A stretch of 64,000 bases of DNA from Octopus vulgaris (taxonomy: Eukaryota): contig CATOCA020000012.1 in NCBI GenBank assembly GCA_951406725.2, forward strand, positions 1-64,000, written 5' to 3'. The notes below the pieces were generated by a model. It saw only the letters and a list, made by a program, of their open reading frames with translations. It had not been told where the DNA came from and ran no database searches. Made by a program: the position numbers and the translations under genes. Each line of letters starts with the position of its first letter. The stretch's first letter is position 1. Of this stretch, positions 30,270 through 46,579 are shown piece after piece.

Positions 30270-33200
30270 TCACGAAAGCTTTTTAGCAACTGCCATTTGG
30301 TGCATGAGAGAGTTCGATGCAGCTGCCCTCATCTGCACCTCCTGCCGTGAAGTTGGTTCATCTGGGACACCTGACAGGAAGAAATCCAGTTCCATTTTAA
30401 AGACATCTGCATCCACCCCATGCAGGTCTCTCAGGTTCTTCGGGAGGATATTGAAGAGCTGTGGGCCACGGAAGCTCGGGCTATCACAGTATCGTGTCCT
30501 ACATCTTGATGGCAAATTTGGAGTCCTAGGCACCACGTAGTGGCGCCCAGTTCTGGCATTTGTGTAACTCTCGATGCCAAAGTTTGGGACACGTCCCTCC
30601 AGGATCTTCCAGATATATATTATGGCATATCTTCCCCGCCTACGCTCCAAGGAATATAGTTTTAATCTCTTGAGTCTTTCCCAGTAGCTTACATTCTGCA
30701 TAGAGGCTATCTTCTTCGTGTAGCTACGCTGGATCGCCTCGAGCTCTGTGATCAACTTGACACTGGATGTTGACAATAACTAAGAGCAATAGTCAAAGTG
30801 GCTTAGGACAAGTGTCCTCCAGAGGACCATCATGGTTTCTTGTTCTCTTGTTCTAAAGGTTCTGAGAATCCATCCGGCCAGCCGTCTACATTTCATTGCC
30901 AATTTAGCAAAATGAACACGAAAGGTTGCGTCATCACTCATGTAAATACCCAGGTCACGCACTGATTGTGCCTCTGGGATTGCTATTCCTCCGGGTCCAG
31001 TGTATTCATTGGGTATTGCATTTAGTTTTGCATGCTGATAGTATAAAGCTTGAAACTTTTCAGCATTGAACTGCATGCTATTCTTTTCAGCCCACTTGTA
31101 TATTTCGTCCAGCTCACATTGCAGGTGCTTAGCGTCTTCAGGGTTCTGTATTGCCTGTGAAACTTTTGTATCATCTGCATAACTTGTGATCGTGGCTCTC
31201 TGCGTGGCTGAGGGCATGTCTGAGAGGGCCATTATGAACAGTAGTGGTCCCAAAACAGTGCCCTGCGGAACACCGCTCACTATTTGTGTGTTAATGGAAG
31301 TGGCCTCATTGGCTGCTACCACCTGACTTCTATTCTTCAGAAAGTCATGAAGCCATTCTCCCAATTTTCCAACTATGCCAAGATCACGCAGTTTGTGACA
31401 TATCATTCCATGATCGACTTTATCAAAGGCCTTTGCAAAGTCGAGATATATGACTTCCACATTTGAGTGGTTGAGCAGTTGTTTCAGCACCCAGTCATAG
31501 TGTTGTAGGAGCTGAGTTAAACAGCTTCTTCCTGGTCGGAAACCATGTTGGGTGTCAGGCAGCAAGTCATTTTCTTCAAGGAAGGTGATTAGTTTCCTTC
31601 TGACTATTCGTTCCATGACCTTGCTGATGTGTGAGGTGAGAGAGATAGGTCTGTAGTTCTTGGCCTCTGCTCTGCTACCACCTTTATGAATAGGACATAT
31701 TTTACCTTCCTTCAGTTTTTTTGGAAGTTTGCCAGCTGCTAGGAAGCTCTGAAAGAGGATCTGCAGTGGTCTTGCTAGGACTCTCTTACATACTTTTAGG
31801 AGGATTGCCGGGAATCCATCGGGGCCAATAGCTGATTCTGTTTTCATTTCATCTATGGCCTTTATTACATCGTCTTCCTTTATATCGATGTAATTTATCG
31901 TCGCCGCCTCTGATTTTATATCTGCAGTGGTAAAGAAGTCAGTTGGATTGGTGATTTGGAAATGCCCGAGGGTGGAATGAAAACACTCTTGAATTGCTCA
32001 TTCAGTATTTCACTTACCCTCATTGGTTTTCCTGTGAGTGTACCATCCTCTTCAAGGAGTGGCCCTATCCTACAGTGCACCGTAGCTGTTTCTTTGGCAT
32101 ACCTGTAGAAAGCTCTGGGGTTAGATTTTATGTTGTCTATAGTCCAGGCTTCTTTGTCTGCTCTTTCCTTTTCATGGGAGAGTTGCAGACATTTTTCAAT
32201 TTCCAACAGTTTTATTTTCAGGCGGGACTTTTCACTGCTTTCAATCTGTTTGTTTAGGCGATTTGAAATTTTTGTACGCCGTCTCATTAAGATTTTCCTC
32301 TTTCTGGGGATTTTGTTCTTGTGTACAGTGGCCTTTCTCTCTGGGACACATTTGTAGCATATGGCTTGCGTTACAGACATGAATTGTTGAAGTTTCACGT
32401 CGATGTCTGGCGAGGAGAGACATTTAGGCCAGTTTTGTTTGAGGATCTCTTTCTCAATTTGTTTCCAGTTTGCCTTATGGTAGTTCAAGCTGGAAAGATT
32501 CTGAGGGTTTCTTGTAGGCTGCATGTCCGTGCTTTCTTTTGGCCCGTACATGGTCAGCTCTACCATGTTGTGATCCGAGAGTAGTGTCGGTGTCACTTTC
32601 ACATTATGGATGAGATCCATATTATTTGTGAAGTAGAGATCCAGTGTGTTACCTGCCCTGGTTGGTTGGAGTATTACTTGCTCCATGTACAGGGTGTTGA
32701 TGAGGTTCAGGAGGGACCTCGCCTGTCCTCGTTCACATCTTGTCATTCCTGGGAGAGAAAGGCCCTCGGGCCATCTGACATTGGGTAGATTGAAGTCTCC
32801 CATAAGAAGTACACTTATGTGTTGTTCTAATGTGATTAGAACTTCTTCTATTTTTATAAGGCAGTCTTCAAACTTGCCCACATGGCTTGGGGCATCTGGA
32901 GGGCGATATGTAGCACACACAACTACATCAAGTTGCCTTATATGTACAATTAGTGTGTCACACACCGAGTTTGAGTATGACAAGAGGACCTGGGGTGTGA
33001 GGTCCTCACGGATGTACATAGCAACTCCTCCATGACTCCTTTCTTTTCTGTCGGTCCGTAGTATAACATACTGTGGTATGTGTAACTCCGCATCTGCTAT
33101 GTCCGGTTTCAGGTGCGTTTCTGTAAGTGCTATGCATAAGGCTTGATTGCATGCAACAAAGTCTCTCAAGAACGGGATCTTTGTCCTGTTACTGAGTGTT

Positions 33201-33373
33201 TGCAGCCCTCTGATGTTCAGTAGGAGCATCGAGGTGAGGTGTATGTTGTTGCCGGCGGTGTCCATCCTGGGTCTGTTTGCTGTGGTGGTCTTGTATATAG
33301 TGGGTAGTCCCACCTGCGGGCTTGGGTTTGATGAAGCCAGGTCAGCTGCTGTACAATCTTTTGTGCCATGCAC
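30270..33373 (-). pseudogene. LINE A ORF2: APE endonuclease plus reverse transcriptase, disrupted
   Basis: APE motifs LLNIRGL, ALTETHL, MGDFN, TLDLYF, SDHN (31916-33373). RT motifs NYRPISLTS, YLDFAKAFDKV, GVPQGTVLGPLLF, YADD (30780-31847). C-terminal YWERLKRLKLYSLERRR. Frameshift near 31950 and an in-frame stop at ~30780. Confidence 0.93.
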
Positions 33374-33388
33374 AAAAAAGATTGCTGC

Positions 33389-33613
33389 TCAGCAACTGCC
33401 CTTTTTAACAACATCATGTTTGCGGTTTGTGGCACGCACAACATCTGCGTACCTCCGCTTTGAGGCAGGTGGTGCGTGGACCTTCCCTTTTCCTTGTGTT
33501 GATGGCTTGTCCATCTGCCTCGTGTCTCTGCGGCAGGGTCCCCGATGTGCAAAGCGGCAGCCTGCACCTTCCTTTCCATGCCAGCAGGTACCTCTCAGGT
33601 AGAACCTACACAC
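33389..33613 (-). pseudogene. LINE A ORF1 C-terminal fragment with a CCCH-type zinc finger
   Basis: CRFYLRGTCWHGKEGAGCRFAH (C-x7-C-x8-C-x3-H), directly upstream of ORF2 on the same strand. Confidence 0.65.
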
Positions 33614-33872
33614 CCGTCGGCGCTGTTTGTTTCCATCCTTTGCAGTTCCACTTCCATTCCTGGTTGTTTCACCCTTTGGTCCTGCTTGAGCTCTTCCTTT
33701 AGCTCTTTCAGTCCTTCTTTTAGTTCTTCTTCCTCCCTCTACCTCTTCCCCGGGTTCTCCGTCTACATATATATATATATGTAGATGTATGTATGAATAT
33801 ATCTATTCTTAGAAATATGTTACATATACACACACGTTTATATATATGTACACACATACGTTCATACATATC

Positions 33873-33918
<46 letters not shown>

Positions 33919-34041
33919 TATACATACATATGCGTGCATATTTCTATTGCATATATAAATATATATATTTATGTGTATATATGCACATACATGTGTGAGT
34001 GTACGGCGTCTCAGCTGTGTTCAATGCAGAAAAATGAATAT

Positions 34042-34452
34042 AGTCGCAGGAGTGGCTGTGTGGTAAGTAGCTTGCTAACCAGCCACATGGCTCCGGGTTC
34101 AGTCCCACTGCGTGGCATCTTGGGCAAGTGTCTTCCGCTATAGCCCCGGGCCGACCAATGTCTTGTGAGTGGATTTGGTAGACGGAAACTGAAAGAAGCC
34201 TGTCGTATATATGTATATATATGTGTGTGTGTGTGTGTGTGTTTGTGTGTCTGTGTTTGTCCCCCTAACATTGCTCGACGACCGATGCTGGTGTGTTTAC
34301 GTCCCCGTCACTTAGCGGTTCGGCAAAAGATACCGATAGAATAAGTACTAAGCTTACAAAGAATAAGTCCCGGGGTCGAGTTGCTCGACTAAAGGCGGTG
34401 CTCCAGCTTGGCCGTAGTCAAATGACTGAAACAAGTAAAAGAGTAAAAGAGT
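34042..34452 (+). mobile_element. Full-length SINE A
   Basis: Same head, core and tail as 29483-29940, ending GTAAAAGAGTAAAAGAG. Confidence 0.88.
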
Positions 34453-34486
34453 AATATATACATACATATAGATATGTATTTACGTA

Positions 34487-34528
<42 letters not shown>

Positions 34529-35008
34529 TATGTATGTACGTATGTGTGTACATATATATAAACGTGTGTGTATATGTAACATATTTCTAAGAATACATAC
34601 ATTCATACATACATCTACATACGCCGTGTGTATGAATGTGTTTCTAAATGTGCATTTATACATGTGTGTGTATTATAAATATATATGTGTGTGTATGTAT
34701 GTGTATGTGTATGCACATATGTATGTATGCATGTATATATGTTTGTATGTATGTATAAATGTATATATATATATTTGTGTGTTTGTATGTGCGCGTATAT
34801 GTGTGTGTATGTATGTATATATATATACATGTGCGTGCATATATATCTGTATAAATGCATATACATGTGCATATATATATGCTTAGACACAAATACATAC
34901 ACGTACAATATATCCGCATATATATATATATATATATGGATAGATTGATAGATAGTTAGATAGATAGATACATGCATACATACACACATTCATACATATA
35001 TACAGACT

Positions 35009-35039
<31 letters not shown>

Positions 35040-35134
35040 CTGTGTGTGTGTGTGTGTGTATAGATAGATATATATATATGCTAACACGTGTATATATACA
35101 CGTAAATAAGTATAAAAATATATGTATGTATAAA

Positions 35135-37960
<2,826 letters not shown>

Positions 37961-37988
37961 ATATGTATATATATATATATATATATAC

Positions 37989-38035
<47 letters not shown>

Positions 38036-39169
38036 GGCAGTTTGTCTGTGCGTGTTTCTGTGTGTCTGTTTTCTCGTACCCTCACTCTGACCACGGCTTT
38101 CAACCGATTCTGATGAAACTTGACACACACATAGCCCAATGTCATAATTCAAAACTAACGTAGCGAAAATTTTGAAAAGTTCCCACAGTTTTTAAAAAAT
38201 TGATAAATTCGACATGGGGTCGAGAATCAGAAACACGAACCACAGACTATCTAGGGGACGCAACTCGAGAATCTAAGCTTTTTTTATGCAACGCATTATC
38301 TATGGTAGTTTTCACAACTTGCAATCGATTTTCACCAAACTCATGGTGAAGCTTAATGTTACCCTAAGAAACTCAATTCTGAAGTTAGTTTTCCATGCAA
38401 TACCTTACCATCAGAAACAGTCGATAAAATCATGCCATTTTGGGAAATCGCGTTCAAATTCAAGATGACATATTTTCGACAATATCTTTCACAAATTGGC
38501 AGGAATTTTTTTTTTTTCACAACGAGCATCATGTCTGCTCCAAGGAGCTATATAGCCCTTTTTATTCCAATAGGATACATTATTGGAAAAAATCGGTTAA
38601 TTTAATCATATGTGGCACACATAGCAAACAAATTTGTGTATTAAACACAAACCAGACTGCCTAGGGGACGCAACTTGACCTTTTTAGCTATCGATAATTC
38701 GATCCAACCAATTCCTACCAGGAAGAAATTACATTCGAGACTTTACCCCCAACACCGCCACTTCTGCTAATAGCTGCTGCAGCCGCAAGTTATTCGAATA
38801 CTTTTTTTGTTTAAACTTTCTTTATAACTACCACCCCAAACGTTTTACCTTCAATTTTTGACGTACCCTAACGGTCCTCGGACGCTACTTGCAAACTCTT
38901 GGTTTATTATAAACCACTTTTGTCGTGTGCATCAAAAAAACTTTTCCTTTCGTTTGTTCAGTTTGATCACTTTTGACTTTTTCGTTGTTGTCACTCACAT
39001 TGCTACCCGCTTTTTGGCCGTTTTTGTACATTTTTATACATTTTCGGATACTTACCCCACGAGCTCCTTTTTATTACACCTTTACCAAACACATTGCTAT
39101 CCACCAAAATACTTACCCCACGTGTTCCTTTTTATTACACCTTTGCCAAACACATTGCTATCCACCAAA

Positions 39170-41777
39170 ATGCCACCCAAGAAGAGAAGGACCCTCCTCA
39201 GCCCTCGGACGGCCAAGGCATCGGCTGCTAGGGCTAGAAGGGCACGCGAGACCCACGAGGAAACCGCCTTGCGCTTCTCGCAAACAGCTTCCCGTTATGC
39301 CGCTGCTCGGGCATCTGAAACTACTAGCGACCGTTCTACCCGACTTGCAAGGGTCGCAGCGTACAGATCTTCCCTCCGCTCGAGGTTGACGAAAGAGCAA
39401 CAGTCCAGCCAAAACATGCGGGCTTCTTACTGTGCTTCCATCCGCAGAGCTCGCGAGAACCCCGAACAAAGGGCCATTCGGAATGCGGCTAACGCCACTA
39501 GCACCGCCAGGACACGATCTGTCGAAACCTCACAGCAGAGGAGAACTCGCCAAGATGCTGACGCCGCAAACAAAGCCATAGCCCAAGCTGCCGAAACACC
39601 TCAACAGAGGAGAGCTCGCCAAGCTGCTAACGCCGCAAACACAGCCAGGGCTCGATCTGCCGAAACTCCACACCAACGAAATATTCGGACATCCAGACAG
39701 GCCATTAACACTGCTTCTGCTAGGGCTTCAGAGGGTGCTGAGGCGAGAGCTGAAAGGCTTTCAAGGGATGCCACTGCTACCGCTGTCGCACGTGCATCTG
39801 AATCTGCTGAGGCACGGTGCACTCGACTTGAGAGTATCAACAAACGTCGGGATATCATTCTTGGTGTACGTACCCCTTCCCCCGCTTTCTGGTTGTCACT
39901 AACATTCAACTACGACGCCACAATTAACTTCTCCTTGCGTGACGACATCAAGATAGGGTCAATGAGAATTGTATGCCAGTTTTGCAAAGCCAAGAAATGG
40001 CCCGGAGAGCCACCTGGTTTGTGCTGCTCTGGTGGCAAAGTGGACCTGCCACCCCTACGGGAACCACCTCAACCACTGAAGGATCTCGCGGCGGGTTTAA
40101 CCCCCGAATCGTCACAATTCCTTGAAATAATTCGAAAGTACAACTGCTCATTCCAAATGACCTCTTTCGGGGCCAAGATTCCTCCCAGAGAAGGCTGGAT
40201 GCCTACTTTCAAAGTGCAGGGACAGGTCTACCATCTTATTGGGTCACTTCTGCCAGACGAGATTCAGCAGTCTTCTTTCCTCCAAATATACTTCATTGCC
40301 GACTACAACCACCAGGTTGATGCACGCCTTGGAATAATACCGGGTACAAGCTATGTTCCCCGCAAAGACATTCTTCTCCGTCTCCAAACCATGCTTCATG
40401 ATATCAACAGCTACGTCTGCAGCTTCAGATATGTCTTGGACAGTGCTCCATCTCCTAACTTCACCGTTGTCATTGGTGCTGATAAACGACCCCACGGGGA
40501 GCACGAACGCCGTTTCAACGCACCTGCGTGCAACGAAATTGCCGCAGTCATACACGGAGAGCGACACAACAGCCGTGACATAATCATCTCCTCCCGTGGT
40601 AACAACCTACACAGGATCAGCGAGACTCACAGATCTTATGACGCGCTTCAGTATCCATTGCTTTTCCCTTATGGGGAAGACGGCTACCACTTCGGAATTC
40701 CTTTACGGCAGCCCTCCAATCAAACTACTGCGGCATCAAAGACGGTTTCCTGCAGGGCGTTCTACTCATATCGGTTCATGGTCAGGGAGGGTGAGTTCAG
40801 CTTATTGCCCCGTTGTCGTCAGCTATTCAACCAGTTCGCCGTCGACATGGCCGCAAAAATGGAATCGGAAAGGCTGCTATACATTAAACTTAATCAGACC
40901 AAACTTCGCTCCGACTCCTACATTCATCTCCGTGACGGTTTGCAACAAGAAAATGACCCTCGCAACATCGGCAAGCCATGCATTCTACCCTCCACCTTCA
41001 CGGGAGGACCGCGATATATGCGTGAAAGGACCCAAGACGCCTTGACCTACGTGCGCATTTACGGCCGGCCGGACCTCTTTATCACCTACACGTGCAATCC
41101 CAGCTGCGACGAAATCACTCGCGAACTCCTCCCGGGTCAATCTCACACCCATCGACACGACATCGTTGCTAGGGTTTTCCGTCTGAATTTGGGCAAAATT
41201 AAGGATTTGATAGTTAAGGGTCAGATTTTCGGGCATGTCAGGTGCCACGTTTTCGGTCGAGTGGCAAAAGAGGGCTTGCCACATGCTCACGTCTTAATTT
41301 GGCTCACTCATAAAATCGAGACTAATGACATTGACAAATTCATTTCCGCCGAGATTCCTGACCCCGATGAGGACCCCGGACTCTACGAAATTGTCCGCAC
41401 TACCATGGTACACGGGCCCTGTGGACCAAATTACGCCAACACACCATGCTACAAAAACGGATTAGCCTGCTCAACGGGATTCCCTAAACGGTTCACTTTG
41501 GAGACTCAAACAGGCGGCGATGGGTATCCGCTGTACAAACGAAGGAGTCGAGCCAATGGAGGCCGCACACGATTACGGTTGGGCGACATCAAGTGGACAA
41601 CAGCTACATTGTCCCCTACTGTCCTCTCCTGTCGAAGATATTCAAAGCCCACGTCAACGTTGAGTTCTGCAGCTCCATCAGGTCAAAACAATATGTCTGC
41701 AAATATATCAACAAAGGCAGCGATGTTGCCATGTTCAGCATCCAGAGGACCACCAGTCGCGACGAAGTGTCCAACTA
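39170..41777 (+). pseudogene. Helitron Rep/Hel protein, N-terminal part: 23-aa repeats, Zn finger, HUH/Y2 Rep domain (frameshifted)
   Basis: Likely start MPPKKRR at 39170; CQFCKAKKW...CCSGGK; DLFITYTCNP; GLPHAHVLIW (HUH); YVCKYINKG in the shifted frame 41593-41793. Confidence 0.92.
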
Positions 41778-43378
41778 TTTTCAAACAAGATGATGGTCGT
41801 GAACCCCCTCCATTTGATAGATCGGTACCTCCAATGCTTCGATTGATCATCACGCGGGACGAAGTCAAACGTGTTATCCAAGGCATCGATGTCAACAAGG
41901 GTCACGGCCCTGATGGCATACACCCACGGGTTATCAAAGCGTTGGCTCCGGTCATCTGCGAGCCCTTAACACGACTATTCAATATGTCATTGGCGACGGG
42001 TGTTATACCTGCAGACTGGAGAACAGCGATAATCTGCCCAATTTTCAAGACCCGCTTAGCTACCGACCGGTTTCCCTTACATCAATAATCAGCAAGATGT
42101 TCGAAACCATCCTTAAGAAAAGTATGATGCTCCACCTCCTAAACACAGCCTCGATCACTGATTCCCAACACGGCTTCGTGCCGAAGAGATCATGCTTGAC
42201 CAACTTACTAGTAATGGAAGAATTGGTGACGTGCATCCTCGATGATAGTGATGCTGTTGACATCGTTTTATTGGACTTTGCCAAAGCTTTTGACTCGGTA
42301 AACCACCGAGCATATAGTTTCCATCCGGATATTGTACGATGGGTTGGTGCCTTCCTCTCAGATCACTCCTTCCAAGTTCAAGTTAATGGTTCGCGGTCCG
42401 ACGTCTCCAGTGCGAGCAGTGGCGTGCCTCAAGGTTCAGTGCTTGGGCTCTTGTTGTTCTTAGTCTTCATAAATGACTTGCCCGACGACCTCACGCAACA
42501 CACCCTTCTATTTGCCGACGATATCAAACTAGTCGCTCCTCGCGGTAGTATAGAGGATCTTCGTCGATGCCTCCACCAAATTTGGAAGTGGTCTAACGAT
42601 TGGGACATGTGTCTGAACGTGTCAAAGTGTTGTCATCTGCCTGTCGGCTCTACTCCTGCAACTCAACTTGATTTCGAGCCGGGTCGTCTGCTGCTGGAGA
42701 GGACCGATCAGGTAAAGGACCTGGGTATCTTGGTGGATTCCTCCTTATCGCCTTCGGCCCAGTGCGTCCATGCTGCCAACAAAGCGCGCGGAATTCTGTT
42801 TTTGATTCGACGGTCATTCGGAATGCTCACAGCAGCCATATTCCTGCCACTCTATGTCACGCTGGTGAGACCCATATTGGAGTATGGGATTCAAGCCTCT
42901 TCTCCTTATCTTCTCAAAGACATACAGCATCTCGAAAGAGTCCAGAGGCTGGCTACCCGCATGGTTCATGGTCTCAAAAATTTGTCCTACGAAGAAAGGC
43001 TGAGGACGCTCGACCTTTATTCTCTTGAAAAACGCCGCCGCCGCCGTGGTGATCTCATTCTCGCCCACAACATCATAAGCGGAAAGTGTAACCTCTCGAA
43101 AGAGCTGTTCTTCACTCCTGCTCCGGAGCGTCGGCTGCGGGGTCATTCCGAAAAGCTCTACCTGCGACGATTTCATCTCAATCGAAGGAGAGGAGCTTTC
43201 TCCGTCCGGGTTGCGGATCCGTGGAACAAGCTGCCAGACGAGATGGTGAAGATGCCGACGACCGCTTTGTTCAGAGCCTCCCTGGACCTCAAGTGGCCTG
43301 AACTCTTTACATGAACACCACCCTGTACTTAACTCCATGTCCCCCTACATGGCCTTGCTATTTGCTTTTGAGCCAAAT

Positions 43379-43416
<38 letters not shown>
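41778..43416 (+). mobile_element. 5'-truncated CR1-type LINE (LINE C; RT ORF 42097-43314) with (TAAC)n tail, nested in the Helitron ORF
   Basis: GPDGIHPRVIK, LDFAKAFDSV, GVPQGSVLG, FADD, YSLEKRR...RGDLI motifs. Removing it restores the Helitron reading DEVSNY|LAGRYLSSNEA. Confidence 0.94.
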
Positions 43417-45300
43417 CTTGGCTGGCCGGTACCTCAGCAGCAACGAAGCGTTTTGGCGCATTTACGGCAACTTGCTGGTGCAGCTTGCTGTACACTTGGA
43501 AAATGGACAGCGGATTTACTTCACAGAGCAAAGTGCTGTGCAGATAGCCACCAGCCCTAAAGACACAACGTTGACTGGTTTCTTCAAATTATGCCAACGT
43601 GATGACTTCGCTCGAACGCTTTTGTACCCACAGGTCCCATCGTACTTCGTGTGGTCTAAAAACACCTGGGTTCGACGGAAATCCGGCAAAAACGTCGAAG
43701 GCTTCCCAGGCGTCAAGTTTGACTTCTGCCTGGGTCGAGTTTACAACATCCCGCCAAACCAGCAAGAATGCTTCTACCTCCGTCTCCTTCTACATGAGGT
43801 CAATGGTCCAACAGGTTTCGCCAATATACGTACCATCAATGGGGTTCTGTGCGACACCTTCAGGGAAGCATGTATGAGACTTGACCTTCTAGAGGATGAC
43901 TCCCAGTGGGACGCCACGATGGCAGAGGGCGCTTTACTGCAAACGCATTCGGCCCTACGACATCTTTTCGCAATCCTTCTTCAAAAATGTCAGCTTAGTG
44001 ATCCACTAAGTCTCTGGATGAAATACAGGGATGACATGTCGCACGACTTCTTACGTACGGCTCAGCAACACTGCCCTTCTGCCGAGATCACGTTCACCAA
44101 CTTCATTTACAATTTTGCGCTCATTCAACTCGAAGACGCTGTCATCGATATGGGTGGGTCTGCTTTAACAGAGTACGGCCTTCCACCACCCACACGTGAA
44201 CACGCCAATGTTATGTCTGCTGAATTGTTACGCGAAACTTCCTACTGCATTGAGGAACTGCACCAGTACGTCCAAGATAATGAACCACGGCTGCTTCCAG
44301 ACCAGCGCATAGCCTACAACACCATCGTAGACTCTGTCAGACAGCAACGTGGAGGGATTTTCTTCCTTGATGCACCCGGCGGCACTGGCAAAACCTTCGT
44401 CACTAAACTAATTCTGGCAGAGGTCAGACGCAACACGGACATTGCCCTGGCTGTAGCTTCCTCTGGTATCGCGGCCACGTTGCTTCCGGGTGGCAGAACC
44501 GCCCACTCTGCCTTCGACGAGTGCACTATGGCACACAAAGGCGCCCTTGAGGCACTGGACAGGTCCCTGCAAGACATCAGAGACTCTACGGCCCCCATGG
44601 GAGGATTAACTTTACTTCTTTCAGGAGACTTCAGGCAGACTCTAACTGTTATTCCAAAAGGAACCCGTGCCGATGCCGTGTGCGCGTGCCTTAAGTCGTC
44701 AGCTCTTTGGGCACATGTGCGGCCCTTGCACCTCCAAACTAACATGCGCGCGCAGTTAATTGGTGACAGCGGATCCGCTGCATTCTCCAGGGACCTCTTA
44801 TCGCTCGGTGAAAATAGGATGCTGTCTGATGCGGATGGATACGTTCAATTGGACTCACTTTGCACCATTGTCGACACCCCTGTTAGCCTCCGGGACGCTG
44901 TCTTCCACGACCTACAAAACAATTTACGCGACCTAAAATGGCTGGCAGGCAGAGCTATTCTCGCACCCAAAAATACAACCGTCAACTCCATCAATGTGGA
45001 TGTACTAGTATTAATACATACATTTTGCCGATTATCCTGTTGAATTCCTGAATTCAATTGAACCGCCAGGCCTGCCACCACACATCCTGAAGTTAAAAGT
45101 CGGTGCGCCCATTATGCTCATCAGGAATTTGGTTCCACCTAAACAGTGCAACGGCACACGTTTGGTTGTGAAACATTTGGCACCACATTTAATAACGGCC
45201 ACAATACTTACCGGTTGTGGGAATGGAGAGGACGTCTTCATTCCACGGATGCACCTTCAATCCACTTCAGGCGTTCTCAGTTTCCTGTTAAACTCTGCTT
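43417..45300 (+). pseudogene. Helitron Rep/Hel C-terminal part: PIF1-like SF1 helicase, internally deleted and frameshifted
   Basis: GRYLSSNEAFWRI, Walker A DAPGGTGKT, ASSGIAATLL, GDFRQ, AILAPKN and MLIRNL...CNGTRL. TAHSAF is fused directly to DECTM (usual intervening segment missing) and the terminal motifs are absent. Confidence 0.92.
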
Positions 45301-45488
45301 GATGTTTTCATGTTTTCGCCCAAACGGACAGCTAGGAACATCGTATATACAGAAGTATTCCAGTGAAGACAAGACATTGCAACGTCCACATGCACCTTCG
45401 TTCCATGGAGGGAAAGGACTACATTGGGATTAGTCGTTGCCTATTAGGGGCTCTTACATACCCGGGCAACGCCGGGCTATGCTGCTAG

Positions 45489-45708
45489 TATATGTGTGTG
45501 TGTTTGTGTGTCTGTGTTTGTCCCCCTAGCATTGCTTGACAACCGATGCTAGTGTGTTTACGTCACTTAGCGGTTCGGCAAAGTAGACCGATAGAATGAG
45601 TACTAAGCTTACAAAGAATAAGTCCCGGGGTCGATTTGATCGACTAAAGGCGGTGCTCCAGCATGGCCGCAGTCAAAATGACTGAAACAAGTAAAAGAGT
45701 AAAAGAGT
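45489..45708 (+). mobile_element. 3' half of the SINE A split by the Helitron
   Basis: Near-identical to 29730-29940, including the shared variant TTTACGTCACTTAGCGG. Confidence 0.88.
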
Positions 45709-45878
45709 AATATATACATACATATAGATATGTATTTACGTATGTGTGTGTGTATATATATATATATATATACATATAGATATGTATGAACGTATGTGTG
45801 TACATATATATAAACGTGTGTGTATATGTAACATATTTCTAAGAATAGATACATTCATACATACATCTACATATATAT

Positions 45879-45918
<40 letters not shown>

Positions 45919-45939
45919 ACGTAAATACATATCTATATG

Positions 45940-45979
<40 letters not shown>

Positions 45980-46412
45980 TATATATATATAAACTTATAC
46001 ATACATATGCGTGCATATTTCTATTGCATATATAAACATATATATTTATGTGTATACATGCACATACATGTGTGAGTGTACGGCGTCTCAGCTGTGTTCA
46101 ATGTACATACATCTACATACGCCGTGTGTATGAATGTGTTTCTAAATGTGCATTTATACATGTGTGTGTATTATAAATATATATGTGTGTGTGTGTATGT
46201 GTATGTGTATGCACATATGTATGTATGCATGTATATATGTTTGTATGTATGTATAAATGTATATATATATATATATGTGCATAGATATATGCTTACACAC
46301 AAATACATGCACGTACAATATATCCGCATATATATATATATGGATAGATTGATAGATAGTTAGATAGATAGATACATGCATACATACACACATTCATACA
46401 TATATACAGACT

Positions 46413-46447
<35 letters not shown>

Positions 46448-46579
46448 CTGTGTGTGTGTGTGTGTGTATAGATAGATATACATATATGCTAACACGTGTA
46501 TATATACACGTAAATAAGTATAAAAATGTATGTATTAATACTAGTACATGCACATATACATACATCTCTGCGGGACTTC

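Larger units (their letters stand above)
30181..33765 (-). mobile_element. CR1/L2-group non-LTR retrotransposon (LINE A), 5'-truncated in ORF1, with (ATCA)n 3' tail
   Basis: APE and RT ORFs, a short 3' UTR with a stem-loop and a tandem ATCA tail at 30181-30200. Confidence 0.93.
38025..45488 (+). mobile_element. Autonomous-type Helitron (defective), inserted in the internal TA tract of a SINE A
   Basis: 5' TATATAAACGGCAG... matches the short Helitron at 10316-11072 (the TC start is lost in (TA)n). 3' CCCGGGCAACGCCGGG hairpin and CTAG|T at 45485-45488. Encodes Rep and a PIF1-like helicase. SINE head lies at ~37800-37960 and SINE tail at 45489-45708. Confidence 0.95.

Noticed and set aside
38858-42088. 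1076-aa ORF as a novel Rep-RT fusion protein
   Set aside because: Chance read-through: a frameshift near 41570 runs into the inserted LINE C; the real Y2 motif is in another frame and the likely start is 39170.
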